Shown piece by piece: positions 18,865 through 28,599 of a DNA stretch of 64,000 nucleotides; the stretch's first letter is position 1, and the number at the start of each line of letters is the position of its first letter. The notes beneath the pieces were generated by a model, which saw nothing but the letters and a program-made list of their open reading frames with translations, was not told where the DNA came from and did no database searches. Position numbers and translations under genes: made by a program. This DNA is from an uncultured virus (IMG/VR IMGVR_UViG_3300027126_000148) (lineage: Duplodnaviria; Heunggongvirae; Uroviricota; Caudoviricetes), in the IMG/VR virus record IMGVR_UViG_3300027126_000148. One strand, 5' to 3'.

Positions 18865-19304
18865 TACATTATTTCCTTCATCATGTACTCATAGAAGTTC
18901 TCATCGATGTATCTTTTTACTACAAATCCATAATTAATATTCCAAGATTTATTATCAAACATGATCTTTTCAGTTTTGCCATTTTCTATGTAATTCTTGG
19001 CAGTTTCTTTTACTCTGATTCTGGCAGAAGTATTTGGATTCTTGATTTCAGAATTTAAAGAAATGATATCTTCATCTGGGCTACCATAAAATATTCTTGC
19101 TTTAAAAGTTTCAAAAACAGGAGTATATGTTACGCTCTCTGGCAATTGATCTGATGGATAACCAAATACAGGAGTAGAATCTACAGAAGTAATAGTCTTA
19201 GTTGGCTCTTTGTAGACGACAACATCTCTAGACAATGTATCAAAAAGATCATTGTAATTTGATCCAAAGCTTGCTCTTTGTGCGTCTGTTAATAAAGATG
19301 CCAT
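18864..19304 (-). CDS. Probable head closure protein
   Basis: 146 aa, beta-rich; gene order. Confidence 0.45.
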   Translation of the reverse strand: MASLLTDAQRASFGSNYNDLFDTLSRDVVVYKEPTKTITSVDSTPVFGYPSDQLPESVTYTPVFETFKARIFYGSPDEDIISLNSEIKNPNTSARIRVKETAKNYIENGKTEKIMFDNKSWNINYGFVVKRYIDENFYEYMMKEIM

Positions 19305-19306
19305 AA

Positions 19307-19801
19307 TTAAACTCTATTGAATGGACGAGGTGTATAATATTTATCAGTAATAAATGAGCCAACGACAGTATCGTCGCCAGCAACTTGAAGAGGACCAACG
19401 TCATTAATGTTGTAATCACTGATCATCATAGTTAATTCATTTAGAGCGGTCTTCTTTGCGTCTAAATATATTTTACTTGTTTCATTTCGGTTGATTCTGC
19501 GGACAGTTCCGCCGCCATCTGTTACTTCTAAAACAGAGTCATTGTTTATTGAATTTAGAGTCTGCTTGATTTTTAAATCATAGAAATAGCATTCATAGAT
19601 TTTCTTATAAATAGACTTCTCTGCTTCGCCAAGGTTTGGATCAAGCTCTAAAGTAGTGTCATTAATAACAATGTCTTTGTTTAGTTTGTTATTAAGAATA
19701 CCAATGTTATTCCTTAGCCAATAACCAATAGCAGGTACAGAAAGGTCAGTTGGATGACCTAACTCAAAATAAATTTCTTGCGCCATGTCTACGATTTTCA
19801 T
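19307..19801 (-). CDS. Probable head-tail adaptor protein
   Basis: 164 aa, helical with a beta hairpin (EVTDGGGTVRR); gene order. Confidence 0.45.
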   Translation of the reverse strand: MKIVDMAQEIYFELGHPTDLSVPAIGYWLRNNIGILNNKLNKDIVINDTTLELDPNLGEAEKSIYKKIYECYFYDLKIKQTLNSINNDSVLEVTDGGGTVRRINRNETSKIYLDAKKTALNELTMMISDYNINDVGPLQVAGDDTVVGSFITDKYYTPRPFNRV

Positions 19802-19804
19802 ATA

Positions 19805-20179
19805 TTAGTATGTTATTTCTGGATTAATGATGAAATATCCGCCTTCAATAGTACGAGCGTAATTATCTCCTGAAAATACTTGTACATCATAAAGAAGATA
19901 ACTACATGGCAACGCTGCCATTCCTGTTCTTCCAATATCAATGTCTATATATCCGCTAACGAAAGCCTGTCCCGCATTTCCTGAAATGATTACTGGATTT
20001 AAATCTAATAGGATACCTGAGCTAGGCGTATACACATTATCATTAGTATAACCTGCTCCATAAGAAGCTCTCACATACCCAGAAGCCGTGAATCCTGATA
20101 AATTCATCACATTATTATCAGAATCACGGGCTACAAGTCTCTTGTAAAAAGAGTTTCCTTGTGTACCTGTTAAATTCAT
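19805..20179 (-). CDS. Small virion beta-sandwich protein (BppU-N-like)
   Basis: QGNSF...NLSGFTA...YDVQV...RTIEG-x-F-x-I-x-PEIT pattern; second ATG chosen because the first overlaps the promoter motif. Confidence 0.55.
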   Translation of the reverse strand: MNLTGTQGNSFYKRLVARDSDNNVMNLSGFTASGYVRASYGAGYTNDNVYTPSSGILLDLNPVIISGNAGQAFVSGYIDIDIGRTGMAALPCSYLLYDVQVFSGDNYARTIEGGYFIINPEITY

Positions 20180-20184
20180 ACACA

Positions 20185-20193
20185 TTATTACAC
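20185..20193 (-). promoter_or_regulatory. Putative late promoter GTGTAATAA
   Basis: Motif directly after a terminator T-run. Confidence 0.6.
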
Positions 20194-20216
20194 AAAAAAA
20201 GCCCCTTTCGGGGCTT
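20194..20216 (-). terminator. Intrinsic terminator
   Basis: Minus strand AAGCCCC-GAAA-GGGGC-TTTTTTT. Confidence 0.85.
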
Positions 20217-20236
20217 GAGAAGAGATATTTTAAAAA

Positions 20237-21046
20237 TTAACCATTATCTCCAGTTGGAATTGGAGGAGGAATGATTATTGTAAGATTGGCTCCAGAGCTT
20301 TCGATTGAGCCAGCAATATTCGTAGCTTTAGCTTTATAAACTCCTACGTTATCTTGAGTAACTCCGCTAATTGAAAGATTAGCAAAATCAGAGTCTGGAA
20401 TTGCTTGATCATCTTTAAACCATTCAAGAGTAATTGGTTTATCGCCATTTACTCCAACTGAGAATAAAGCATTTTCTCCAGAATTTACAGATACATCTGT
20501 TGGGTTAAGAGATATACTAGGAGCTATATAAATATCCAAGTTCACTTGGTCGCTATATACGCTTCCAACAGGATTTTTAGCTTCAAAGTAATAAACTCCT
20601 ACTTCTGCTTGAGAAACAGAGCTAATAGAAATGCTTTCTGATACCGCTCCAGAAATAACAGCTTGATCTTTATACCACTGATAGCTTAGTGGCGCGTCTC
20701 CAGAAGCTAGTCCAGAGAAGACTGCCGAAGAACCAATTAATGTTTTTACGCTTTGTGGTTGAGTGACGATAAACGGAGCAATAGCTTCAGTATATCCTAA
20801 GTTTTCTAAGACTACTTTCTTGACATAATTATAATCATCTCCAGCAGTTTGCTCAGGGGGCCAATTTTGCCAATCATCACCAGCTAAATTAGTATAAGTT
20901 CTATCTAATGTTAATCCTTCTGGATTTTTCATTACAACAGAAAATCTTATGCCTTCGTGTGGATCAAATTGATTAAAATCAACACAAAGTTGAGTTACGT
21001 TGGGGCCATTTGGCTTAGGATAAACTGAGATAAATATTGTATTCAT
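20237..21046 (-). CDS. Protein with two immunoglobulin (I-set-like) domains
   Basis: APFIVTQPQS...PLSYQWYKD...GVYY and APSISLNP...LEWFKD...GVYKAKATN. Confidence 0.85.
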   Translation of the reverse strand: MNTIFISVYPKPNGPNVTQLCVDFNQFDPHEGIRFSVVMKNPEGLTLDRTYTNLAGDDWQNWPPEQTAGDDYNYVKKVVLENLGYTEAIAPFIVTQPQSVKTLIGSSAVFSGLASGDAPLSYQWYKDQAVISGAVSESISISSVSQAEVGVYYFEAKNPVGSVYSDQVNLDIYIAPSISLNPTDVSVNSGENALFSVGVNGDKPITLEWFKDDQAIPDSDFANLSISGVTQDNVGVYKAKATNIAGSIESSGANLTIIIPPPIPTGDNG

Positions 21047-21047
21047 T

Positions 21048-21467
21048 TTATTTTTTAATTATTGGGAAAGGAGCGGTCCATTCTGAACCTGTTAATATTG
21101 AAATTATTTCAGCCCATTCATATGGGCCTTCTTTTGTTGTTAAATTATTTACGAAATTTGGTTGCGAGTTTGAAATTCCTGTTTGTGGTGGAGTGATCAA
21201 ACAGCCAGTAGCAGTATATGGTTGACTTAAAAAACCAGTAATATTATGATTTGAATCGTATTGTGGAACCATAGCGTTTCCATTGGTTACAACTTGACTC
21301 TCTGGAGGACATGGGGCGTAAAGTGGAGCTACATCCCATTTAATAATGGCTTTCGTTTGGTCAATAGACCTGCGTAAAGTCTGAGGAGATGTTTCGTTTA
21401 TTTCAGAAAAATCAATCTTATCAATTTCAGACACGCCAAAAATTAAATATTTACGATTTTCGACCAT
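21048..21467 (-). CDS. Hypothetical protein (fibre/LamG-associated)
   Basis: 139-aa ORF with upstream GTGTAACTT motif at 21483-21491. Confidence 0.65.
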   Translation of the reverse strand: MVENRKYLIFGVSEIDKIDFSEINETSPQTLRRSIDQTKAIIKWDVAPLYAPCPPESQVVTNGNAMVPQYDSNHNITGFLSQPYTATGCLITPPQTGISNSQPNFVNNLTTKEGPYEWAEIISILTGSEWTAPFPIIKK

Positions 21468-21502
21468 ACATTATATTATTTAAAGTTACACTTTTTATTA
21501 AG

Positions 21503-24500
21503 TTAATATCCATATCTAGCTTTTTGAGTATTAAAGTTTTGTAAAACTTGATCTGCCGTTAGAGTTACTGCGTGTTGAGTAATGATTCCTAAATAACCAA
21601 TAAAGCCTCCATAGTATCCACCGCCTATTACATTATTGAAACTTGAAGCAAGTTGAGCAAAATATCTTGGAATTTCTACTCTTCCATCTAAGTATATTGT
21701 CATATAAGAATCAGAAGAATTAGCAAAAACTACTTGATGCCATTTTCCATCATCAACTCTTGTTGTACCATAATCATTTATCCAAGTATTGTAATAATGT
21801 ATGTAAGCCACTACTCCGCTTACAATACCTAAATTCATTGTAACTGGACTTCCAGAGTAATGAGTAAACAAACTCATTGTACCTGTAGATGTAGTTTTAA
21901 ACCAAAAACTCCAAGTCCAATTAGTGTTACTTCCTACAGTTATTCCATTGCCATTTAGGTTTTGATTTGATTCATTTAATATAAAGTAATCGCTTACTCC
22001 ATCAAAATAAAATACACCGCCATGAGCTTCATAAAAAACAGGTCCAGTTATGTATAAATTACCTGCGGTTAAAGTAGTTGTGTTAAATATATTTTTAACG
22101 TTTCTATATTCTGTGCCTGAACGAATATAGCTCTTGTAATTAGCTGGGTCATAATATCTAACTAAATTAGTTTCATAATCATTTTCTAAGTCGTATCTGT
22201 CTTTTGTAACATTGTAGTTTTGAAGTACTTCAGATTGGTTTAACTCTTTGTTGTATATTCTAAACGTAGACATGTAACCAGAATAATAATAACCAGCAGG
22301 AGCCCAAGTACCAATAACCCCTACGCCATTATTAAAATTCGTATTAGAAGAATTGTTAGAGCCTTGAATCTGAACCATTGTTTGAGAAACGCCATTTATA
22401 TATATTTTATTATTAACATAAGAACCTGTATTCATTACAAATACAAAATGCGCCCATTGATTCAATACTCCTAAATTGTTTATAATATTTACTCCATAAA
22501 TATCTCCAGCACCAGTATTAAAACCTATAATTCCATTTCCACCATTACTAGCATAAACATCATAATAACCAAATCCAAAAATCATTCTGTCAATAAGAGT
22601 ACTATAATTAGCCCAAATTTCTACAGTTATAGTAGTACCTATCTTTGCCATCGTGAAATTACAATAGTCATCAGCCCCATCGAAAGATAAATATCCTCCA
22701 TTTAAAGCAGAGTAAGCAACTCCGTTATTTAAAGTAGCATTGTACCCATTACCACTTAAGTCTGTCCAAGTTGTGCCGCTGCCACTATAACTACTTGGAT
22801 TTGTGGCATCTAAATTAAGATCTGCTCCAGCAACTATTTCTGGAAAAAATCTAGTTTTAAATTGACTATAATTTTGAAATATTTCTGAAGCAGTTAGCGC
22901 TTTATTATAATGAGCAAAATAACCTAGTTTACCATTAAAATGTCTTGTCGCTGCCGAAGTCCAATCAGACTCAGGTCCACCTAATAAAATATCATCGCTA
23001 TAAGAATCTCCTATTACTTTATCTACTCCAGAAGCGCCATTATCTAAAACGCCATTTAAATAAAGTTTAATATTTCCTGCACCACCCCTCCTAACGACTA
23101 CTGTTACATTATACCAAGTCTTTAATCTTAAAGAAGTATTCCCTGTAGTTCCATAATCTAAATCTGTGGTTCCAGAATTTGCAGTTCTTGTATATTGACG
23201 GAAGGCATAGCTACCTCCATTACCTTGAATTGCAATACACATATCTGCATTATTGCCTATAGAATTAAGGACTATACATTGAAATGCATCAGTCCAATTG
23301 TCTATCCTAAACCATACGCTTCGTGTATAATTTTGTTGAGATCTAATTGAAGCATAAGCTGGTGAATAAAGATTTTGCCCAGTATTAAATCCTCTATCAA
23401 ATTTAATTGCAGGAATAGTAACTGCATCTGGGTCATTAAATACTGGATGATTAGAGTAATCTTTAAATTGATTTTTAGTACAAAGATCTCTGCATGTTGT
23501 ATCATCAACTACAATACCCCACTTGTATCCTAAGTAATTATGAACCAATCTTAATTCGTCAGTATTTAAGGCTCTATTGAAAACAATAATCTCAGCAATA
23601 TCTCCTCTGAATCTTTCGCCAGTATAGTTTGGACCGTTGCCTACTACGAAATTATGTGTACTACTTATGGGTTGAGCATTTGTTCCCGTAGAGACAAGGG
23701 CTCCTTGGTGATATAAGGTCGCTTGGTTACTAGAATTTCCTGCTTGGACATATGTATTTAAGTAAGAAACTCCGGGATATGTAGGACTAAACGTATTTGC
23801 ATTACCTTGATTTGAATTATAAACAAATAAATCAGATCCATAAAAATAAAACTCAAACCCAACTACTGGAGAAAGTCCATAATTTCCACAAATATAATCC
23901 GCTGTTGAATTAGTGTTAACTAATCTCCTAGTTACAGCAAAAATAGTTAAAGTTGTCAGACCTCCAATTAATGGACTGTTTAATATCAAACCATTTGTAG
24001 TGCCGCCGCTTTTATTAAATGAAATAGCTCTTTTACCATTTACAAAATAACTATAACTTGGAGCAGAGCTATTTAGATAGGCATGATTATTTAATCCACT
24101 TTTATCTTTCCAAGAAGAAACCTCTGTTGTTCGAAAAGCATAATGAGTACCTGAACCCGCACTACTTGTATTAATAGGAACACCTTCAAATGTAGAAGAA
24201 ACCCTAAAAGTAGTAGCAGTTATAGCTTCTCTTAATACATAATATTTAGTATTAGCAGTTAAACCCGTTGGCAAGCCTCCTGTTGTCGTAAAATAAATTA
24301 TATCGCCCGGATTAAAATTATGATTTACGCTAAAAGTTACTACTGCTGGCGAAGCATTTGATATAGTGACTGTGTAAGTATTAAATACTCCAGTGATGAC
24401 AGAAGAAGAATCGTCTGCATCTAACCATAAAATTAAACCATCTTTAATTGGTAGAGTATAACTTGGGAAAGAATTATTATTAGCTGGATCAACTACTATT

Positions 24501-24544
24501 TGTAATCCATCAGTAACAATTCTTGGTGAATAATTTATTGCCAT
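21503..24544 (-). CDS. Multi-LamG/concanavalin-like virion protein
   Basis: 1013 aa; repeated LDA...SY-x-GSGTTW-x-DLSGNG, FDG-x-DDY, Y-x-NG and YNKAL...E-x-x-QNY motifs. Confidence 0.85.
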   Translation of the reverse strand: MAINYSPRIVTDGLQIVVDPANNNSFPSYTLPIKDGLILWLDADDSSSVITGVFNTYTVTISNASPAVVTFSVNHNFNPGDIIYFTTTGGLPTGLTANTKYYVLREAITATTFRVSSTFEGVPINTSSAGSGTHYAFRTTEVSSWKDKSGLNNHAYLNSSAPSYSYFVNGKRAISFNKSGGTTNGLILNSPLIGGLTTLTIFAVTRRLVNTNSTADYICGNYGLSPVVGFEFYFYGSDLFVYNSNQGNANTFSPTYPGVSYLNTYVQAGNSSNQATLYHQGALVSTGTNAQPISSTHNFVVGNGPNYTGERFRGDIAEIIVFNRALNTDELRLVHNYLGYKWGIVVDDTTCRDLCTKNQFKDYSNHPVFNDPDAVTIPAIKFDRGFNTGQNLYSPAYASIRSQQNYTRSVWFRIDNWTDAFQCIVLNSIGNNADMCIAIQGNGGSYAFRQYTRTANSGTTDLDYGTTGNTSLRLKTWYNVTVVVRRGGAGNIKLYLNGVLDNGASGVDKVIGDSYSDDILLGGPESDWTSAATRHFNGKLGYFAHYNKALTASEIFQNYSQFKTRFFPEIVAGADLNLDATNPSSYSGSGTTWTDLSGNGYNATLNNGVAYSALNGGYLSFDGADDYCNFTMAKIGTTITVEIWANYSTLIDRMIFGFGYYDVYASNGGNGIIGFNTGAGDIYGVNIINNLGVLNQWAHFVFVMNTGSYVNNKIYINGVSQTMVQIQGSNNSSNTNFNNGVGVIGTWAPAGYYYSGYMSTFRIYNKELNQSEVLQNYNVTKDRYDLENDYETNLVRYYDPANYKSYIRSGTEYRNVKNIFNTTTLTAGNLYITGPVFYEAHGGVFYFDGVSDYFILNESNQNLNGNGITVGSNTNWTWSFWFKTTSTGTMSLFTHYSGSPVTMNLGIVSGVVAYIHYYNTWINDYGTTRVDDGKWHQVVFANSSDSYMTIYLDGRVEIPRYFAQLASSFNNVIGGGYYGGFIGYLGIITQHAVTLTADQVLQNFNTQKARYGY

Positions 24545-24547
24545 ATT

Positions 24548-26701
24548 TTATTTTCCGTATCTATATTTTGTTGCGTCGTAAACTTGTCTAACCTGAGAAG
24601 CAGAGAGATTTGTAGTATGATAAATGACATGCCCCATTTTGCCATTAAGATAATCAGTATAAACATATGCCCCCATCATATTAACAGGATTAAGAGCATA
24701 ACTAACATTAGAAGCAAAACTTGTTTTTTCGACATTTCCATCTAAGTAAATAATCATTGTATTAGCTGAATTTACGAAAGTTGCACAGTGCCATAAACCA
24801 TCAGCGACATTTGTAGTTGTAGATGAGTCGTCTATCCAGCCGCTATTATAATGACGATAAGTTAAGTATGAATTTGTAACTCGAAACGCACAATAAACTG
24901 GACCACTTCCAGCATGAGATAAAAATACACCATTAACCGCCGATGTTTTAAACCAAAAAGTCCAACTCCAATTATTCGCACTAGGTAAAGAAATTCCTGC
25001 GCCCGTGCTAGGTGCTGCAATATCTGCTGTTAAAATCCAATGGTCATCAGAACCATCAAAGTTCATGCATTTAGGATCTGTAGAAAAAAATGTTGGATTA
25101 TTAACCCTTGTCCAATTATAAGCGTTACCAGTTAGGTCAAATATTGAAGTGCCGCTATTTGGGTAAGTACTGCTATAATTAAAATCAATCCACAGCGCAA
25201 TATTTGATGTAACCATTTTATTAGGCACTGTATCAATTCTTGGCTTCATTAAACCATATTGGTTAAGAACTTCTGTCGCACTAAAAGCTCTTCGATGTAA
25301 TTTTAAAGTCAGAGTCTCTCCTTCGCAAGTCTGAGTATCTCCTAAGACATAAAATAGTGAAGCACCATTGCTTCCGGGGGTATATTGACCTGAAGTATAA
25401 TCAGTTGTTAAAACTCCATCTCTATAAAATCTTAATCTTCCATTATCAAATACAATCATATAATGATAATAAATTCCGGGCAATAATTCTCCTCCTCCAG
25501 TATCTGATCCAGCATTCGCTGTAATAAAATTAGAACGATGATACATTACCCTAGACCCACCATCGACTCTTAGGACTAACCCAGAAGATGGATAACCTTC
25601 TGTTGTTATGATTGCATAGTTAGTGCCAGTATTTCTTCTAGCGTAAAGTGCGCCACACCATTCAATAGTATAAGCTGTTCCTAGATAGTCAATGTTCGAA
25701 GGTTTTGTTGCTGTAAAATAATTACCACCAGAAGCATTTAAGCTTATTCCTTTTTTATAGTAACTGATTAAATTTGGATAATTTCCCGGATCAGTATAAA
25801 CTATATTATTTATCTCTGTGTTGCTAGATAAATCTTCAAGCGGAGCATTTGTCAGATCTAGGGCTAATGGGATATTCCATTTTTGCGACAAGTAACCTTC
25901 AACAGATCTTCTTTCTCTTTGGGATAGTGCTTTTGAATAAATGATAACTTCAGCAATATCTCCTTTATAAGGACCATTTAGAGTAGTACTTGACGCTCCA
26001 ATAAATAAATTAAGTCCCGCACCACCGATAGTTACCGTTTGGGTGCCTGAAATTGACGTATAATAAGGAATTCTACCATTTAAATATAATATATTAGCGG
26101 AACCGATGTGAGTGAAACTCACAATAGTAGGCGAACCTTGAACAAGATCAGAAGTTGTATTTGGACTTGTTCTTGGCACTGTTAAGCGATTGCCTCCACT
26201 ACCATTCCAGTAAACCCACATAGTTTGAGCAAAATTAGCACCATCTGGGTCATTAACATCAAAAGCAATCGATCCAGCAACAAATGAACCACTATTGATA
26301 TTAACAGGGTATTGATAATTAGTTGGGCTAGGATTTCCGTTCATCACAAAAATGAAGGTAAATTCAGAGTAAGCAGTAGCAAAACCTCCAAGAAAATAAT
26401 CTCCACCATCAAAACGCATAACTGTTCTGTTATTCATTCCGTTAGCTACTATATTAGGCTGTTTAGCCAGAGTAAGGCCACCTCCTTCTAATGAACTACC
26501 AATGTCAGATTTATCATACCAATATCTTACCGCAGTACCTCCAGTTTCAGTGACTATCATTGAAGGGTCGTCAGCATCAAACCATCTTACGCAATTTGAA
26601 ATTTGCTTTGGGCTTTTTATAGCAGGAACAGAAGCTCCGCCATCAAGACAGAATAGCAAGTCTTCAGTTATTATTTTGGGGCCTAAATTTATTGAACTCA
26701 T
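24548..26701 (-). CDS. Multi-LamG virion protein
   Basis: 717 aa; WFDADD...GDIAEVIIY...YLSQKW and further LamG repeats. Confidence 0.85.
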   Translation of the reverse strand: MSSINLGPKIITEDLLFCLDGGASVPAIKSPKQISNCVRWFDADDPSMIVTETGGTAVRYWYDKSDIGSSLEGGGLTLAKQPNIVANGMNNRTVMRFDGGDYFLGGFATAYSEFTFIFVMNGNPSPTNYQYPVNINSGSFVAGSIAFDVNDPDGANFAQTMWVYWNGSGGNRLTVPRTSPNTTSDLVQGSPTIVSFTHIGSANILYLNGRIPYYTSISGTQTVTIGGAGLNLFIGASSTTLNGPYKGDIAEVIIYSKALSQRERRSVEGYLSQKWNIPLALDLTNAPLEDLSSNTEINNIVYTDPGNYPNLISYYKKGISLNASGGNYFTATKPSNIDYLGTAYTIEWCGALYARRNTGTNYAIITTEGYPSSGLVLRVDGGSRVMYHRSNFITANAGSDTGGGELLPGIYYHYMIVFDNGRLRFYRDGVLTTDYTSGQYTPGSNGASLFYVLGDTQTCEGETLTLKLHRRAFSATEVLNQYGLMKPRIDTVPNKMVTSNIALWIDFNYSSTYPNSGTSIFDLTGNAYNWTRVNNPTFFSTDPKCMNFDGSDDHWILTADIAAPSTGAGISLPSANNWSWTFWFKTSAVNGVFLSHAGSGPVYCAFRVTNSYLTYRHYNSGWIDDSSTTTNVADGLWHCATFVNSANTMIIYLDGNVEKTSFASNVSYALNPVNMMGAYVYTDYLNGKMGHVIYHTTNLSASQVRQVYDATKYRYGK

Positions 26702-28299
26702 ACTTGATATGTTCCTCTTTGCGAATCGAAATTTCTTTTAATCTCTGCTGGAGTCAATATTCTTTCGTAAACCATTACTTGGTCTATTTCTCCTGTAAAA
26801 TATGCATCGCCACCGCCGACAGTTCTTCTGCCTATATTAAAATAAGAAGTACTAGTTGAAACATTTAAAAATGGGGCTGCAAAAGCACTCCCATTGTTTG
26901 TAGTCGCTTCTAATACTCCATTTATATAAACTTTTAAATCATTATAATTATCATTAAAAACGACAGACACATTTGTCCAACTTCCATTAGCGTAATAATT
27001 ATTACCTCTTCTTATCACTGCTCTTTGGCTTGCTGTAGCATTATAACTTTCTGCAATTAAAGATTCATCTGCATAGTCTCCTGTCCAATTTGCTGTAATT
27101 TCAATACTGCCAAAATTTCCACTTCCATTATCGCCCCAGCCAACTAAAGTACCGTTTTGGTTTGTTGAAGCTTTAAACCAAATTGAAATAGTGCCTGAAT
27201 TAAGCCAAAATGGATCTGTTCTTGTATAAGTTTTTGCTATTACATAAGTATTCACACCATTAAAATAAAAACCAGTACTGTTAAACGCAGCATTAGATAG
27301 GTCGCAATTGTTTCCTTTTAAACTTAAATCAACTAAACCGCCGCCGCCAGCGACAGTATTCGCTGATCGGCTTGGCAAAGCAAATGATGTTGCATATCCC
27401 TTTGCTTCGAATTGCATTTCTGAAATATCTACTGCACCTATTCCTCCAAATTCAGGCCAATAGTAAAAAAGATAAACTCCCGGTGTTGCATTAGATGTCC
27501 ATGTCCAAGTCCATTTTTTCCAATTAGCAGTTAGTGTTGGGCAAGAATTGCTTGGTCCTCCTACGTTTGGACCAGCATGATATGTATCCATTCTGATGCT
27601 TTGGCCTATTGTATTTAAAGTCGCTGCTCTTACATAAGCGCTAAAAGTATACACTGTGCTACCTGTATAACTTGGCTGAACTCCATAAGCCATTGCGTCT
27701 ACTATTCCATCTGGTCTGTACCAATTTAATCTCAGACAATCGTGTCTCCTACCTGCAAAATTAAAACCATTAGGAATAATTTCCTTAATAATTCCAGAAT
27801 TAGGAAGATGAGGTGGTCCCCACCACATTGTTGGAAAACTTGTAGAATTTATACTTATTTTAGTATTTCTTAATATTGGAGCAAGTATATCAGCCATGCT
27901 AACGCTACCATCTTGGGCACCATTATAAGCATGCAATGAAAATTGTGTATTTGATATTTTTAAAACATAATAATTTGTTCCATAAGTAACGCCGCCTCCT
28001 GTAGTTTGAGGAGTTATTACGTCAAAAGTTCTTAATCCATGTGGAGTAGCCGTCGTTACAATATTACTTAAGACGCTACTTATTGCTCCTATCGAAAAAT
28101 AACTTCCGCCATTGTATTGATTTGTATTATATGTACCCCAGTTATTTCCAACAGAAGGATATGCATTAACAATACCGTTACCATATGTAGCTATTAAATT
28201 AGTAGTACTTTCTCCACGGAAACTTCTTGGGAAAGCTCTATTGTAGTACAAGAGCAGTCCATCTCTAACGATTCCAATATTTCCTTGTTGGACAGACAT
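26698..28299 (-). CDS. LamG/carbohydrate-binding virion protein
   Basis: 533 aa; YTFSAYVR...QFE-x-x-x-YATSF module and C-terminal LamG (TISIWFK...YING...FTGEIDQVMVYER). Confidence 0.8.
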   Translation of the reverse strand: MSVQQGNIGIVRDGLLLYYNRAFPRSFRGESTTNLIATYGNGIVNAYPSVGNNWGTYNTNQYNGGSYFSIGAISSVLSNIVTTATPHGLRTFDVITPQTTGGGVTYGTNYYVLKISNTQFSLHAYNGAQDGSVSMADILAPILRNTKISINSTSFPTMWWGPPHLPNSGIIKEIIPNGFNFAGRRHDCLRLNWYRPDGIVDAMAYGVQPSYTGSTVYTFSAYVRAATLNTIGQSIRMDTYHAGPNVGGPSNSCPTLTANWKKWTWTWTSNATPGVYLFYYWPEFGGIGAVDISEMQFEAKGYATSFALPSRSANTVAGGGGLVDLSLKGNNCDLSNAAFNSTGFYFNGVNTYVIAKTYTRTDPFWLNSGTISIWFKASTNQNGTLVGWGDNGSGNFGSIEITANWTGDYADESLIAESYNATASQRAVIRRGNNYYANGSWTNVSVVFNDNYNDLKVYINGVLEATTNNGSAFAAPFLNVSTSTSYFNIGRRTVGGGDAYFTGEIDQVMVYERILTPAEIKRNFDSQRGTYQV

Positions 28300-28316
28300 A
28301 CTTTATTATTATATTG

Positions 28317-28592
28317 TTAATTTGAAGGTAAGAATACTTTTCCTATCACTGAGTCCCTTTTGCTCAATAGTTTTTGCTTTAGGACTTCGATTCGGTCTTT
28401 GATTTTATCATAAACTAATTGACACACCTCTTCTTGGTCTTTACCCGTAGACTCTAATAGGGTAGCTATTTCTTCTATGTTTAAAGACTTGCCGTTTGTA
28501 GTGTCGGTTATTAGGAATCCAACAATAATCCTATCAGGATCATCAACTGGACATAACTCGTATTTGTATATTTTGTATTCTATGTCTTCCAT
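28317..28592 (-). CDS. Hypothetical protein (possible fibre-associated)
   Basis: 91-aa ORF tightly packed after the fibre gene. Confidence 0.6.
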   Translation of the reverse strand: MEDIEYKIYKYELCPVDDPDRIIVGFLITDTTNGKSLNIEEIATLLESTGKDQEEVCQLVYDKIKDRIEVLKQKLLSKRDSVIGKVFLPSN

Positions 28593-28599
28593 AAATTTA

